Made by a program: the position numbers and the translations under genes. Below the pieces are notes generated by a model that was not told the origin of the DNA, ran no database searches, and saw only the letters and a list, made by a program, of their open reading frames with translations. Positions 34,995 to 35,265 of a stretch of DNA of 35,265 nt are shown in pieces (position 1 is the first letter of the stretch; each line of letters begins with the position of its first letter). Source of the stretch: Nanobdellota archaeon (GTDB lineage: Archaea > Nanobdellota > Nanobdellia > Pacearchaeales > GW2011-AR1); NCBI GenBank assembly GCA_030704765.1, contig JAUYDD010000011.1:1-35265 (forward strand), read 5' to 3'.

Positions 34995-35007
34995 CGGGCA
35001 GCGGCGT
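34995..35007 (+). repeat. attR core (displaced partial tRNA-Ser 3' end)
   Basis: CGGGCAGCGGCGT is identical to 4294-4306. The upstream GAAT resembles the tRNA GATTC with an indel. Confidence 0.8.
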
Positions 35008-35062
35008 ATTACTATTCTAATCTCAAATAACCGGCTTACCTTTCGTTGATTTAATCGCATTA

Positions 35063-35137
35063 ATTATGTCGGGAATTGAAAACCTCATGATTTATCATGT
35101 GGTCGTAGCAAATGTTACAGTTTTCAATTCTCGAGCA
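35063..35137. repeat. Right copy of the edge inverted repeat (hairpin element)
   Basis: Reverse complement of 65-139. The single difference (G at 35072) keeps the stem paired as a G:T(U) wobble on the plus strand. Confidence 0.85.
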
Positions 35138-35257
35138 CAAGAAAATTCTTTCAGATGAATTTTCTGTGCAGAAAATCTTTCTGAAAAGATTTTCTTGCCA
35201 TCAAAATTTTTCAGAAAATTTTGTGGCGCCGAAAACTTCTGAAAGTTTTCGTGCGCA
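35138..35257. repeat. Array of four tandem hairpins/palindromes inserted into the right copy of the edge repeat
   Basis: The four hairpins are GAAAATTC-TTTCAGAT-GAATTTTC, GAAAATCTTT-CTGA-AAAGATTTTC, CAAAATTTT-TCAG-AAAATTTTG and GAAAACTT-CTGA-AAGTTTTC. Their centres are 30, 30 and 28 nt apart. The array is absent from the left copy and flanked by GCA on both sides. Confidence 0.8.
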
Positions 35258-35265
35258 TCCTAAAA

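Larger units (their letters stand above)
4294..35007 (+). mobile_element. Integrated element of ~30.7 kb inserted in the 3' end of tRNA-Ser, with a conjugation-like module (putative archaeal integrative element)
   Basis: Bounded by a 13-bp direct repeat, CGGGCAGCGGCGT. A tyrosine integrase is the first gene after the tRNA. The cargo is typical of mobile elements: R-M, an orphan methyltransferase, a VirB4-like operon and recombination nucleases. Confidence 0.75.

Noticed and set aside
1-35265. The terminal inverted repeats could mean the window is a complete linear plasmid or virus genome.
   Set aside because: The repeat copies are not at symmetric distances from the ends. The left one starts at 57, and the right one is interrupted and truncated by the window edge. 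The interior shows a classical tRNA-integrated island with host-like flank. No terminal-protein or polymerase genes are present.
1-35265. I looked for reverse transcriptase / DGR, retron, CRISPR-Cas, TnpB/IscB or transposase genes as the hidden system.
   Set aside because: No ORF shows RT (YxDD), RuvC/HNH or DDE signatures by eye. No direct-repeat arrays with spacers were seen.

Overview
AT-rich window that looks archaeal: TATA-like boxes sit about 23-27 nt upstream of several ATGs, there is a TrmB-type regulator, and the tRNA gene has no encoded CCA. It may come from a small-genome (DPANN-like) lineage, but that is inference only.

The left ~4.2 kb looks like host flank. It carries a Fic-domain gene, an AAA+ ATPase, a decaying PD40/TolB-like beta-propeller gene and tRNA-Ser(UGA).

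A ~30.7 kb integrated element runs from the 3' end of that tRNA to position 35007. It is bounded by a 13-bp GC-rich direct repeat (4294-4306 and 34995-35007) and starts with a tyrosine integrase. Its cargo, in order:
1. A translationally coupled TrmB / unknown / SAM-methyltransferase / metallophosphoesterase / T4-PNK-like kinase operon. Its enzyme set is the same as bacterial Pnkp-Hen1 RNA repair, split into single-domain genes.
2. A second metallophosphoesterase, a small RHH-like gene plus a coiled-coil gene, and a macro-domain protein.
3. A Cas4-like PD-(D/E)XK nuclease and a RusA-like resolvase.
4. A type I R-M system whose hsdM-hsdS operon carries three extra translationally coupled genes.
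5. A minimal conjugation/T4SS-like operon: VirB2-like pilin, a secreted protein, a VirB6-like membrane protein, and a VirB3-VirB4 fusion with an extra C-terminal nuclease-like domain. I see no relaxase or VirD4.
6. An orphan beta-class DNA methyltransferase.
7. A 1404-aa secreted protein with a Cys-rich region, a PA14 domain, a lipase domain and Ig-like repeats.

The two window edges carry inverted copies of a ~75-bp hairpin element. The right copy is interrupted by a 120-bp array of four hairpins whose stems covary.

All family assignments come from motifs read by eye. No searches were run.
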